This document shows, piece by piece, positions 18,336 through 28,058 of a stretch of DNA of 59,330 bases (position 1 is the stretch's first letter; each line of letters opens with the position of its first letter). The notes beneath the pieces are model-generated. The model was given only the letters and a program-made list of their open reading frames with translations, was not told the origin of the DNA and ran no database searches. The position numbers and the translations under genes are program-made. This stretch comes from a virus (Duplodnaviria > Caudoviricetes): the IMG/VR virus record IMGVR_UViG_3300011336_000352, positions 1-59,330 of that record, one strand, 5' to 3'.

Positions 18336-18514
18336 TTGCTTGCCTCAATTCGTACTAAGGTTTTCATGGACTCTCGAACACTCTTGTGTAGCATGCTCTC
18401 TCCGTCATTGAGATTGATTAGGTACGCTCTATTGAGCGCAGCATTAGATACTCCCAGCTCTTCTATCTCCTTCTTGGAGAATACCTTGTACGGAATAAAT
18501 GCTTTAGTACGCAT
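18332..18514 (-). CDS. Hypothetical protein
   Basis: 60 aa; TAATG coupling. Confidence 0.6.
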   Translation of the reverse strand: MRTKAFIPYKVFSKKEIEELGVSNAALNRAYLINLNDGESMLHKSVRESMKTLVRIEASK

Positions 18515-18855
18515 TACTTGTTACCATCATCCTTCAGTAGATTGCCATTAATCTCGATGCGCTGGCGCTTAACCTGTTGAATCTGATCAATCACATCGCT
18601 ACCATAGAATACCTCGGCCTGCGTATAGTGTGTTTTGTACTCCTTGTTGATTAGCTCGGCCTTGTATCCAGCAGACACATAGCATATGCACAGCATTGAG
18701 AATATCATTAGGCCAATTAAAGACAGCGCTACAGATGTCACTCCTATTCCAATAATAGACTCGCTCTGATTGTAATAGTCCTTGTTAGACTGTACGCGAA
18801 TAAGAGTGATCCCGGATGCTAATACTGCTAGTAAAGCTAGAAATGTGTACAGCAT
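18514..18855 (-). CDS. Two-TM membrane protein
   Basis: Two hydrophobic helices; AAGGA RBS. Confidence 0.7.
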   Translation of the reverse strand: MLYTFLALLAVLASGITLIRVQSNKDYYNQSESIIGIGVTSVALSLIGLMIFSMLCICYVSAGYKAELINKEYKTHYTQAEVFYGSDVIDQIQQVKRQRIEINGNLLKDDGNK

Positions 18856-19044
18856 TGTTTGTGTATCCTTTAATTGTGTATTGGTTGTACCGCTGCGCAG
18901 ATCGTTAAATCTATTACAGTACTATCAAGCAGCGGAGCGAATAGGCTTAAAGCTAAAGAAAGAGAAAAAAGAATCCCGTTAAAAGAACATTGCTACTAGC
19001 TTCTTTTTCTTTTCTCTTTTATTGCTTGTGCTTTAAATGCAATG

Positions 19045-19071
19045 TTGGACAACAAATTGCTCGGGAAGTTC
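19045..19071 (-). promoter_or_regulatory. Sigma-E (RpoE/AlgU)-type promoter facing the polymerase-RNR unit
   Basis: GAACTT-cccgagcaatttgttg(16)-TCCAA in an intergenic region. Confidence 0.7.
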
Positions 19072-19091
19072 AGTATCAATTCCCTCAGCAA

Positions 19092-19104
19092 AATCAACAT
19101 CTTG
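19092..19104 (+). promoter_or_regulatory. IHF consensus site
   Basis: AATCAA-CATC-TTG matches WATCAANNNNTTR; 21 nt upstream of the sigma-E-type -35. Confidence 0.45.
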
Positions 19105-19207
19105 CAAGTCATCCGAGCTATCTTGTTGATACATAAGGAAATTAATAATCTCGTTGTATTTCAAGGGGTTAGGCTCCTGATTAATGTACATTTATACTCC
19201 GTTCAGG

Positions 19208-19567
19208 TTAGTCGATGCTGCGCTGTGCCAGAGGCCTGCCATTAGCGTACTCATCGCTTAGACATTTTAACCAGCCGCCTGCTCTTATTTTTCCAGGCTT
19301 GCCACTAATCTCGCATGTTAGTGTTGATTCCTTCTCAGCTTCTGCTACTCTAGCATGTATAGCATCTGTTCCCTCTCCTATATAAAAACACAGTCCTCCA
19401 AATTTCTCCTTGATCTGGTATACGCGGCCGTCCCAACCTAACTTATATAGGTCCCTAACTAGATTTCGTATTAGTTTATGCCACCCCTTACCAACACAAC
19501 CATTTAGTATTGGCTGTAAAGGTTCTGGTTCTTGTACCTTAAATCCATAACGAACTTTAATGCTCAT
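19208..19567 (-). CDS. Phage protein of the QxKEKFGGLxFY type, possible Zn ribbon
   Basis: GW...QIKEKFGGLCFY...TCEISG...GWLKCL. Confidence 0.75.
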   Translation of the reverse strand: MSIKVRYGFKVQEPEPLQPILNGCVGKGWHKLIRNLVRDLYKLGWDGRVYQIKEKFGGLCFYIGEGTDAIHARVAEAEKESTLTCEISGKPGKIRAGGWLKCLSDEYANGRPLAQRSID

Positions 19568-19568
19568 A

Positions 19569-20789
19569 TTACAAATCCTCCACTCGCGATAGTTCGGGGA
19601 TCATTTTCATCTGAAAATGAACGTGCTTACCGCTTAGTTTGTTCTTTGGAAGACTAATCATTACACATCTGCTAGCTTGGAACTCTGGATTAGATCCGAT
19701 GCCAATCATTACATCTGCCTGCGCGGGGATGCCCGTGTTAGACCCGTCCACATCTCCAATATCTAGAACTAGCTTGTTAGTTGCGCTATCTCCTGCTTGG
19801 GTTACTCCTATCAAGAGGATATCGTTTTGCTTCGCCACTGCTCGTAAGTCAGTAGCTATGTTTTCGTACATGTTGGTACGAGTCTCTGCTCGTGATCTTA
19901 GATTGCGTATTTGATTAACTACTATCCATTTGGGTTTGTACTTCTCGCAATAGGATTGTATTTCTGGAACGCTTCCGGGGGCCAAGTTTACAAAGCGAAT
20001 GTTCTTGTATCCAGAAGCATCCAATCTACTCTGCGCATTCTCTGGATCTCGTAGGCGATCTACCGCAGCTAAGCGAGTAGCACACGCCTGAGCACGAGAG
20101 ATAGTAGACTTGATAGGATCTTCGTTGTCAAAGAATATTCCGGGCAACCCTTGTGCAGCTAACACCGTAGCCATTGTAATAGCTAAGGCACTCTTGCCGA
20201 TCTCTGGCCTGCCGTATATCCATATAACATTACCTCCCATTGCTCCGCCGTCCAGCTCCTCCGTAGTTCGCTTGCTAAGGATCTTTATTCGGCCTTCTGG
20301 ATTGAGTACGGTAGAGTTGATTTCGTCGATAGAGATGTTGTTAAATACTTCTCGATCTTCGATATCTTCGCCATCGCCGGTAACTCGGAGTAGAGCCGAG
20401 TGTTTAGCAATCTTATCAAGTATCTCCTCGTGAGAGGATCTATCGCCGACAAGAGATTGCGCAAGAGCTTGCGCGCTTTCTTTTCTCTTCGCCTCAAGGA
20501 CAAGCTCCGCGACGTTAATTGCGCTAACATCTGCACTAAAGCACTCAAGAGCGTGCTCCTTATATATCTCTTGTTTCTTTACACTAGGGAAATCTAATTC
20601 AATCTTCTTCAGGATGAAATCTTTATCTACGCTCTTAGCATCGCCGTCCCGAGCATAGAAATTCTTAATCAAATCAATGAGATACCACGAGTAAGGAGTT
20701 ACCCTGTCCTCGCTTACCTCGGGATATATTCGCTCGAATGCCCTTCGAGACTTGGCCATTGCGGCCACTAGCTGTACAGTACTAGACAT
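19569..20789 (-). CDS. DnaB-like (SF4) replicative helicase
   Basis: Walker A GRPEIGKS; FDNED; IGVTQA; QADVMIG; PKNKLSG. Confidence 0.9.
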   Translation of the reverse strand: MSSTVQLVAAMAKSRRAFERIYPEVSEDRVTPYSWYLIDLIKNFYARDGDAKSVDKDFILKKIELDFPSVKKQEIYKEHALECFSADVSAINVAELVLEAKRKESAQALAQSLVGDRSSHEEILDKIAKHSALLRVTGDGEDIEDREVFNNISIDEINSTVLNPEGRIKILSKRTTEELDGGAMGGNVIWIYGRPEIGKSALAITMATVLAAQGLPGIFFDNEDPIKSTISRAQACATRLAAVDRLRDPENAQSRLDASGYKNIRFVNLAPGSVPEIQSYCEKYKPKWIVVNQIRNLRSRAETRTNMYENIATDLRAVAKQNDILLIGVTQAGDSATNKLVLDIGDVDGSNTGIPAQADVMIGIGSNPEFQASRCVMISLPKNKLSGKHVHFQMKMIPELSRVEDL

Positions 20790-20792
20790 TAC

Positions 20793-20954
20793 TTATCCTA
20801 AGTAATCAAGAGCATCCTTTAGAAACCAACCAGTCCCAAAACAGCACACCAAGTATATAAAATATAGGATTGGGGACATGTCCCACATAAAAATTCCAAA
20901 ACAGGGAAGAACTGTAAATACTAATAGTAGAAGAATTATCTGTTTGTAGTTCAT
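20793..20954 (-). CDS. Small two-TM membrane protein (53 aa, not in ORF track)
   Basis: Manual translation MNYKQIILLLLVFTVLPCFGIFMWDMSPILYFIYLVCCFGTGWFLKDALDYLG. Confidence 0.6.
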   Translation of the reverse strand: MNYKQIILLLLVFTVLPCFGIFMWDMSPILYFIYLVCCFGTGWFLKDALDYLG

Positions 20955-20955
20955 T

Positions 20956-21480
20956 TTATTTATCCCTTACCTGTCTGTCGGTAATAAGTATACCATTATT
21001 GTGATCTATTTCGTGCTGGATAGTTGAAGCTATTCTTCCAGCAAAGGTCTTAAGTACATATCTATTCCTAAGTGGGCAGTAGTACTTTACAGTTATAGCC
21101 TCATATCTAAGGATAGGAATCTTTTCCTTAAGTCTTAAGCTTCCACAATTAGATAGCACTGTTTTTTGCCCGCTGCTTCTAGTAATTGAGGGGTTTATCA
21201 TCACCTCTATTTCATCTTTCTCTCCAATAAAAGATATAATGTTCCAAGGAATTCCACAATTAGCGGCAGACATTCCTAGAGGATTACTATAGTCTTCATA
21301 TTCCGAGTTAAGCCTGTAGACTATAAGCCCTATGGAGCTCTCTACTAATTCCCTATAATCTTGCTCTGCTTCGTAGAGCCTTATATTTACATCCAGAAGC
21401 TTGCTCTTTAAGTAGTCTATATCTCCTGGATTGGTAATTGATGTTAGAACCTGGGATGCTTTATATTTCTTACGGATCAT
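20956..21480 (-). CDS. def: Peptide deformylase-like protein with atypical motifs
   Basis: LGMSAANCG (motif 1), MINP, SNCGSL (for EGCLS), IQHEIDHNNGIL (motif 3). Confidence 0.8.
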   Translation of the reverse strand: MIRKKYKASQVLTSITNPGDIDYLKSKLLDVNIRLYEAEQDYRELVESSIGLIVYRLNSEYEDYSNPLGMSAANCGIPWNIISFIGEKDEIEVMINPSITRSSGQKTVLSNCGSLRLKEKIPILRYEAITVKYYCPLRNRYVLKTFAGRIASTIQHEIDHNNGILITDRQVRDK

Positions 21481-21484
21481 ATAT

Positions 21485-22318
21485 CTACACTCCAGTTAAA
21501 AACTTTCGCAGTTCTTGCGGGGTCATATTCTTTAGATCCTTTTTAGGAGATCGCACTCGTACTTCCTTAAACAAACTGTCGATTCTACTAGCTAGCTTTA
21601 TAGCCGTAGCCATAGCATCCGCATCCAAGCAGATTACCAAATGTGTAAATCCTCCTTTCTTTATATCAGCCAGCAGACTGTCAGTTAGATGGGTTCCCAT
21701 AAGTGCCAACGCGTTCTCGTACTTGGATAAGCGTATGGCGCTTAGCTGATCCTCCACTAACCACAAGCACTTACATTCCCTGTCCTTTATGTAGTACGCT
21801 CCGAATGGAAGTTCTGGATTTACTATGTAACTTAAAGCCTTGGGCCGCACCTTAGGATTCTCTGATCGGGCTACAAATCCGGCAGACAGGCCATTTCTAG
21901 TCCTGATAGGAATGATTATCCTCTGTATTGTGTTTGACCATCTAATTCCAGATGCAGATATCTCCTCGCTTGTAAGATGATACTTAGTGCTAAGTAAGTT
22001 CTTTTCATTCTCTAGCAGAGGAGAGAATGATAGGTACTTACTCTTGTCTTCTGACGGCTTATTTCCGCTAGAGGCATAGTAAGAATTGCTTACGTCATTC
22101 AATACTCCTCTAAAACCGCACGAGTCGCGGTGGCAAAGAAAAGCTACTCCAAAAGTCTTGCGGCTAACAGACAGGCTTCTCTCCTTGCTATCTCCTCCAC
22201 CACACCTAGGGCACACATTACCTGCTGAGGAATCCCCGATGTTAAGGGAGCTTTCTGATACTGTGCGGAGTATTAATTCCCTTTCGCTTTGGGATACGGA
22301 CAGTTGCCCTCTTGACAT
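21485..22318 (-). CDS. DNA primase (Zn finger plus TOPRIM)
   Basis: CPRC...CHRDSC; WLVEDQLSA; ALMGT; CLDADA. Confidence 0.9.
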   Translation of the reverse strand: MSRGQLSVSQSERELILRTVSESSLNIGDSSAGNVCPRCGGGDSKERSLSVSRKTFGVAFLCHRDSCGFRGVLNDVSNSYYASSGNKPSEDKSKYLSFSPLLENEKNLLSTKYHLTSEEISASGIRWSNTIQRIIIPIRTRNGLSAGFVARSENPKVRPKALSYIVNPELPFGAYYIKDRECKCLWLVEDQLSAIRLSKYENALALMGTHLTDSLLADIKKGGFTHLVICLDADAMATAIKLASRIDSLFKEVRVRSPKKDLKNMTPQELRKFLTGV

Positions 22319-22997
22319 TTAGCACCTTAGTTTTTGTTAGCCCGAACTTCATCTCTCTCTCGTTGTGGTCCTTGGCTAGCTTCTTTAGCTCTGTCCAAGA
22401 ATTCTTGGGTTCTGGCATTTCTCCGTCAGGGTAATGAGGCTGTTCCATGCTTAGAATCATATCATTGCCGGGAGCCCACGTCCACGAGGTTAATACCGAA
22501 CTACCAGAGTGCCTCTTGTTCACGGTAGTAATGCCACGCCCCACAGCCCCGATCTTGTTCTTTATCAGCCAAGTGACAAAGCCAGAGGTTGAAAATGAGG
22601 ATGCTTTAGTTGTCTCTAGCAGAGCATCTTCTACTAGAAAGTTCGCGTATTCGTGATTTTGATTTAAATAGGAATTAATGTTGTCTGTGAATATAGCAAA
22701 TCCCTTGCAATGAGTTTCTATCCAACCCCTGAACCCGCTCTTATTCCACACATCCAACAGCCCGTCCGATATTTCCTTCAATGAAAGCATATTATTGCAA
22801 GGAAAGATTAGATGCTTTTGTGTTGGGGATTTATCTAAGCTCCAAGGGGACTTCTCTGCGTTAGGTTTTGGTAAGTCAAAGATGCGTAGGCCTACTCCGT
22901 AGAGCAAGCAAGCTCCACAATTATTAGTAACGCTTTGAAGTTCAATGTTAAGATCGAACTGTCTTCCGGAGTTGGTAGTAGCTGTAAAGATAGCCAT
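22242..22997 (-). CDS. Hypothetical protein
   Basis: 251 aa directly downstream of the amidotransferase. Confidence 0.65.
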   Translation of the reverse strand: MAIFTATTNSGRQFDLNIELQSVTNNCGACLLYGVGLRIFDLPKPNAEKSPWSLDKSPTQKHLIFPCNNMLSLKEISDGLLDVWNKSGFRGWIETHCKGFAIFTDNINSYLNQNHEYANFLVEDALLETTKASSFSTSGFVTWLIKNKIGAVGRGITTVNKRHSGSSVLTSWTWAPGNDMILSMEQPHYPDGEMPEPKNSWTELKKLAKDHNEREMKFGLTKTKVLNVKRATVRIPKRKGINTPHSIRKLP

Positions 22998-23004
22998 GTG
23001 TGTG

Positions 23005-24474
23005 TTAATTCAGTGAGGCAGCAGTAGGGCCGTGGTTGTCAAATAGCTCAGGTAGAGTTAAGTTTGGCTCTTGCTCCTCTAATTTTCCTGAGCAGAATTC
23101 GCAGTACGGATGCTGGCCGTACCACTTGATCTTTCCTTTATGAGCATTGTCTTCTGTGAGTACTCCCCCACACAATCCGCATCCGCCATTTACAAGCTCT
23201 TTGAATCGTGCCTTGGTAACGAAGGTAGTGTCCCACACCGGAACTACTAACTCTATATCATGTTCACTCTTTGGTTCCTGGTTTCCGGAGATGACCCCCA
23301 AGGGCTTGTTGAGAATGATACACGGCTTTGGCCCATCTTTAGTATTGAGCTTACTAGCTCCGATAACGCGAGCCTTGGTCTCCGAAGTTAGGATGTTACT
23401 TCCTGCTGCCGTTACAGCATCGTAAATCTCAGGAGTGACATTCACCATCAGAGCCTTCACAAACTCTACGCTAGTCTTCCCGGCATTATCTACCTCAAGC
23501 ATAACGTCGCCTTGTATGCAGACCTTTGTGGAAGACTCTGGTTCTGGCTCGCACCAAAACTCTACGATATCGCCCAGCTTGTACCCCAAGCGGGCTACAT
23601 CTTTTGGGTCGTAGGAAATTGGCTCCCCTTGAAACGTCTTGTTGTACGCAATTCCTGGTGCGGGCGGAGTATCTTTCTTACCAGCCAATCTCTCGTTGTA
23701 CTTATCCCAATTGAAAGGGGCATAGTTTTTATGCTCTTTCTTTGGAGGATCTTCCAGGATCTCCTCAGAATACTTGCGCACATTATTTGGATCAAATGCA
23801 TATATACGATCCTCATGGCCTGTCCACATAGTCTTCTCGATATCCAAGCCATTGCGAGAGCACAGCCAATAGAGCATCTCGTGCTCGCTGGCAAAGATCA
23901 TAATATCTTCTTTAGGAACGTAGTTCCAGTAGAGAGTACGTTTCCCGTTAGTAAACAGGCGGAGCTTCTTGTCCTTTGTGTCGTACCAAGCGGCAGCAAT
24001 GTGCCCCTCAATTTCTCCTAGGGCCTTTGCTCCTCCATCACGAGCTATGCGGTGGAATAGCCAGTCGGAGTCTACGTTAAACTTCTTGCCATTTTCGGAC
24101 ATATAGTATCCTGTAACATATCCGTTATGGACTCCAATAATGGAATTGCCATCAGTAGTTTCGTGTTGAAAAGGATGGGCATTGGCCGCACACACAGTTC
24201 CGCGCGTTGCTGCTCTATGGTGCCCAACAGTTACGTTGGCTACGTCTACATTATTAAGCAGCTCTTTGGCATTAGCGTCGCCAGTAAAGTACACGCCGTT
24301 GTACGGAACCTTGTAACTCTTTATCTCTCCGTTGTACCTAACTTGGTACATTCCAGTGCTATCTTCTCCGCGAACGATGCCCACCTCCATAGCGTCTTTC
24401 GTGATGTTGTTTAGCAACTGTCGAAGCTTATGCGTTGCGTTATTACTGTGAATGATTCCAAAGATTCCACACAT
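23005..24474 (-). CDS. Class II (Ntn) glutamine amidotransferase with C-terminal Cys cluster
   Basis: N-terminal MCGIFG; RGEDSTG; GHHRAATRG; NAHPF; GVHNG; VDSD; CGLC...CEFC. Confidence 0.92.
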   Translation of the reverse strand: MCGIFGIIHSNNATHKLRQLLNNITKDAMEVGIVRGEDSTGMYQVRYNGEIKSYKVPYNGVYFTGDANAKELLNNVDVANVTVGHHRAATRGTVCAANAHPFQHETTDGNSIIGVHNGYVTGYYMSENGKKFNVDSDWLFHRIARDGGAKALGEIEGHIAAAWYDTKDKKLRLFTNGKRTLYWNYVPKEDIMIFASEHEMLYWLCSRNGLDIEKTMWTGHEDRIYAFDPNNVRKYSEEILEDPPKKEHKNYAPFNWDKYNERLAGKKDTPPAPGIAYNKTFQGEPISYDPKDVARLGYKLGDIVEFWCEPEPESSTKVCIQGDVMLEVDNAGKTSVEFVKALMVNVTPEIYDAVTAAGSNILTSETKARVIGASKLNTKDGPKPCIILNKPLGVISGNQEPKSEHDIELVVPVWDTTFVTKARFKELVNGGCGLCGGVLTEDNAHKGKIKWYGQHPYCEFCSGKLEEQEPNLTLPELFDNHGPTAASLN

Positions 24475-25466
24475 TATGCTACTTTCCTTTTACGAGATTG
24501 AGAACTTGCTAGAGCCGCACGCTTCTTTTCTAGGATCGGATTTACGTTATCCAAACTGAGAGCTTCCCAAGCTACTGAGGGATTAGGAACCTCAATCTTT
24601 AGTTGCCCGGCAACGCCCATAAGGGCTTGGCTCATATCGCAAGCTTGCCACATAGCCTGCGGAGATACGGCCTCAAATATAAACTCCTTTGATAATACAC
24701 CAGAAAAGATCTTCTCAGCTAAGGCATGTGGACCCAGAGTAGATAGAGCGCCAAGAGGATCTTTAAGTTCCGGCATTTCCAAAGCAGCACGCTTTACTGC
24801 CATTACCATATTGATCCACTTTACAATTCGCTCCTTGTCAAAGGTGGTTGGTAAATGGCGGAACTCAAGCGTACCAAACTTGGAGATGGCATTTAGATTA
24901 ACCGCTTGATAGCGAGAGCAGTGATTGCTCAAGTAAAGCAGATCATCGCGCTCCGATGACTTTGTTCCAGTTACTAGCTCTGCTACAACGCCATCATCGT
25001 TAATGCCGTCTTCATAGGCAACACAGAAGCCGCAATGCCTACGCCACTCTCCCGCAAAGTGAAAGAATACGTGCTCTACTAGGAAGTAGATTCCCATCAA
25101 GCGCCGTAAATCTCCGCTATTCAAGTCAAGATCACTAACATCCATGTGTACGTGAATCGCAGCTCGCGGGTATCCTTCGTCCCAATTGTTCTCACGAGCG
25201 CTTTCACAGAAGCCATCCAAGGCATCTATTACTCTCTGTCCTTGTAGCCCCTTACCTACAGTTACAAACTCTGTTCCGTTGTTGCGGACAGAGTGCTCCT
25301 CTGGATGGTGAACCCACATACCGGCAGGTTTTGGTGGAACTCTATTCCACCGCTCAAACTCTATCTCTACTCCTATCCTAGTACGTGGAAGAATTAACGC
25401 CTTTGTATTGATAGGCTCAATATTGGTTGGGATACCAACCAAATCTCCTAGATACCTTTTTTCCAT
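24474..25466 (-). CDS. Putative amidoligase (COOH-NH2 ligase, Amidoligase_2-like)
   Basis: IGVEIEFE; SVRNNGTEFV; IHVHMD; RYQAVNL; GTLEFRH. Confidence 0.88.
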   Translation of the reverse strand: MEKRYLGDLVGIPTNIEPINTKALILPRTRIGVEIEFERWNRVPPKPAGMWVHHPEEHSVRNNGTEFVTVGKGLQGQRVIDALDGFCESARENNWDEGYPRAAIHVHMDVSDLDLNSGDLRRLMGIYFLVEHVFFHFAGEWRRHCGFCVAYEDGINDDGVVAELVTGTKSSERDDLLYLSNHCSRYQAVNLNAISKFGTLEFRHLPTTFDKERIVKWINMVMAVKRAALEMPELKDPLGALSTLGPHALAEKIFSGVLSKEFIFEAVSPQAMWQACDMSQALMGVAGQLKIEVPNPSVAWEALSLDNVNPILEKKRAALASSQSRKRKVA

Positions 25467-25828
25467 CTCACCCAGTCTCCACTTTTGATTTCCTCTGCCT
25501 TATCCAAGTAATGGCTGTCACCTTCCATTACATATATGTACCCATGCATTTCCCGAAACACGTCGAAGGTTAGCATACGAGTATAGAATGTAGGATGGCC
25601 TTCTAGCCTATCTAACTCTGCTAGAGTTTTATCCGTAACTCTGTACGCTTCAACGTACACGCTTTCGTTTGGATCTGCTCTCAGGGTTATTGCTGGATAC
25701 GCTCCGAGAGAGAACATACGCCCACGTACTCTAGTATCTCCAAGATGTGGAGAGGACTCTAGAAGTAGGTGATTAGACTGTCCTCGTCGCAGTGTTCCGT
25801 ACACGAATACTGTGTGTGTATTAGGCAT
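25448..25828 (-). CDS. Gamma-glutamylcyclotransferase (AIG2/GGACT-like)
   Basis: VFVYGTLRRGQSNH; LGAYPA; LDRLEGHP.FY.R; SGDW. Confidence 0.93.
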   Translation of the reverse strand: MPNTHTVFVYGTLRRGQSNHLLLESSPHLGDTRVRGRMFSLGAYPAITLRADPNESVYVEAYRVTDKTLAELDRLEGHPTFYTRMLTFDVFREMHGYIYVMEGDSHYLDKAEEIKSGDWVRWKKGI

Positions 25829-26478
25829 TAAGTTATTCCTAACTCACGTTTAGCTGCGCTCTTGTACTCGTCGCAGTAGAAGTTCCACTTAACCCCGTCT
25901 TCCGATGAAGCTACACGCAGTCGTTTCCACAAAAGTAGCAAAGGGGCTTTCTTAGTGGTGCCGAGAACCATAGCGTAATTAGGAGACAGGGCTATTCCTA
26001 CGGCTGTTGCTTTATTTAGTAAGCGATTAGCTGCCTCCTTGTGGGATAGATATTCAGGGTAGAAAGCATTAGTTGCAATCTTAACACTAGTTGGAGTTAT
26101 GCGCTCTTCGTGCAGTACGGCAGCCTTACCTGAAAGCCTAGAAGCGGCATCTTCGTACTCCGGAACTGGGCGTACTGTTACGGTGTCATTGCCGTAGCCT
26201 TTAGATGCTATACGCCGAATGCGGCGCTCCAAATAGTATAAACCCGTACCTGCTACTAGATTAGTGTTTATGTACCCCAGGCGCGGAATGGCTACGTGCT
26301 CCCACTCAATACTGTCTAGTGGAACAGTGTAAGCTGGTGCTACTTTACTAAGGGGGTGAACTACTACGGCCCCATTAGCGCACTGGTGTACAGTTACTAG
26401 CGACCCTTTCTGTTGCGGAGAGCGTATAATTGCCCCCCTAAAGTAGGCGGCAAAATCTTCGTTGGAATATGCTTTCAT
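25828..26478 (-). CDS. Hypothetical protein of the ligase cluster
   Basis: 216 aa with PRLGYIN; between the ligase and GGCT genes. Confidence 0.7.
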   Translation of the reverse strand: MKAYSNEDFAAYFRGAIIRSPQQKGSLVTVHQCANGAVVVHPLSKVAPAYTVPLDSIEWEHVAIPRLGYINTNLVAGTGLYYLERRIRRIASKGYGNDTVTVRPVPEYEDAASRLSGKAAVLHEERITPTSVKIATNAFYPEYLSHKEAANRLLNKATAVGIALSPNYAMVLGTTKKAPLLLLWKRLRVASSEDGVKWNFYCDEYKSAAKRELGIT

Positions 26479-26481
26479 AGA

Positions 26482-27630
26482 TTACCGCTGCTGCTGCATG
26501 AGACCAGCGCGAACATCTTCTGCACCAATCACTAGTCTATTAAGACCTTCTTGCACACGGACGACAGCGTCAAATTGATCGCGTCGCCGTGGATTCCCTA
26601 CTCCTAGATTTACAACAGGTGCTTCTTCATTTAGGGCAAGAACGTTCGGCCCGCCTATCGGTTCAAATAGGTTGTCTAGTCTGCGCTCCATCTTTACCTT
26701 TTTAGGATACGGCATGCCGTAGGCTTTTCGTAAATCAATGTTAGTGTGCTTTTGCATCCACGGCTCTACTATCTCTGCGTACGCGGTGTGTACGCGTCCT
26801 GTATCCGCGCACATATTTTTAAAGCATTCTTCTACCATGTTAGGGGGATCTAAATAGTCCCACAGCTTTTGGGCTTCCTTCTCGTTGTTGATAGCCCACA
26901 GAACAGTAGAAGCAATTACTTCTGGAACAGACGCCGGAAGGCCAATACCATTAGCAGCTATAGTTCTAGCCCACCAATTAGAGGGAGTCCTGTACTCGAA
27001 TCCGTAGGGCTTCTTGCGAAAAGCTCCAGGAGTTCCGTAATAGTATCTGCGAATTACTCCCACGCCCCTTTCGTTATAGAAGAGGGGCGAAGCCATGCAC
27101 TCTCCAAGAATTACTAGAGCGTACTCGGGAATGCTGGCCGCAGCCTTATCGTATCCTATGTGAATGTGACCACCGCAAAAGCGATTATTTCCCACTCTCG
27201 CCGGGTCTACTGGAGGATTTGGTTCTCCGCCTTTATACGCATTCAAATCAGGATCACAGCCAAAAACTCTATTCTGCTCCGGTTTAAGACTGGATTCCCT
27301 AAACTGTGCCTCAGCAGTGTTGTAATACAGACTTACCTCGTTATTGTATTTCTGCGCAAGATGAGCACTTACTACATCCATCTTGCTTTTGAAGTACGGA
27401 ATGTAATCCCCCATCTTGTTCTTGAGAGAGTATTCCATCGGAGGCATGCCTACCTCCAACGTAACATTGTCAGGATGGATGAAAACTCCGCCATCAATAG
27501 AAAAGGGCTCTTTCTTAGAGCCCGGAATTCCAACATCGAAGGCTGTAGTTAGCGTATTTTTCTTGAGCAAAAAGAATTCAGGATCACAGCCGATAAACAC
27601 TGACTTGATTTTGGGGGTATTGTCTTTCAT
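26482..27630 (-). CDS. phiEco32-like COOH-NH2 ligase type 2
   Basis: IGCDPEFF; DNVTLE; FGCDPDLNAY; GGHIHIG; RRYYYG; KPYGFEYRTPSN. Confidence 0.92.
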   Translation of the reverse strand: MKDNTPKIKSVFIGCDPEFFLLKKNTLTTAFDVGIPGSKKEPFSIDGGVFIHPDNVTLEVGMPPMEYSLKNKMGDYIPYFKSKMDVVSAHLAQKYNNEVSLYYNTAEAQFRESSLKPEQNRVFGCDPDLNAYKGGEPNPPVDPARVGNNRFCGGHIHIGYDKAAASIPEYALVILGECMASPLFYNERGVGVIRRYYYGTPGAFRKKPYGFEYRTPSNWWARTIAANGIGLPASVPEVIASTVLWAINNEKEAQKLWDYLDPPNMVEECFKNMCADTGRVHTAYAEIVEPWMQKHTNIDLRKAYGMPYPKKVKMERRLDNLFEPIGGPNVLALNEEAPVVNLGVGNPRRRDQFDAVVRVQEGLNRLVIGAEDVRAGLMQQQR

Positions 27631-27631
27631 A

Positions 27632-28027
27632 CTAGATAGCTACCTTTACAGTGTAAGGGGGTTTGTACGTTGCTACTTCTTTTACTAGTGTAAGCTTTTG
27701 TTTCTTTTTCTTTTCCTTCTGCGGCGAGGAAACTGGATTAACTACTTGTAGGGATTTATTCTTGGGAATATCCCCGCGTTTCTTTTCTGGCATTCCTTGC
27801 CTAATCTCTTCTATCATGCTGAGGACGATCTTGCGCCCGAGCATTCCATCCCCTCTCAATGAGAATGGAACACATGTTTTGTCTTTCCACTGGCAAGCCC
27901 AAACATCCGTGACTTGCGAGTTACCACTAATCTTTGATTCGGCTAGCTTTACTGCATCGCTAGCTGCGCGCGCAAAGGTCTTGGCCCACTTACCCCCGGC
28001 GCGATAAATTACTACGTACTTTTGCAC
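27632..28027 (-). CDS. Basic hypothetical protein
   Basis: GTG 28027 with GAGGA RBS inside the 27632-28102 ORF. Confidence 0.6.
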   Translation of the reverse strand: MQKYVVIYRAGGKWAKTFARAASDAVKLAESKISGNSQVTDVWACQWKDKTCVPFSLRGDGMLGRKIVLSMIEEIRQGMPEKKRGDIPKNKSLQVVNPVSSPQKEKKKKQKLTLVKEVATYKPPYTVKVAI

Positions 28028-28058
28028 GTCATCCTCGTTTTGTTCGGAAACATTAACC

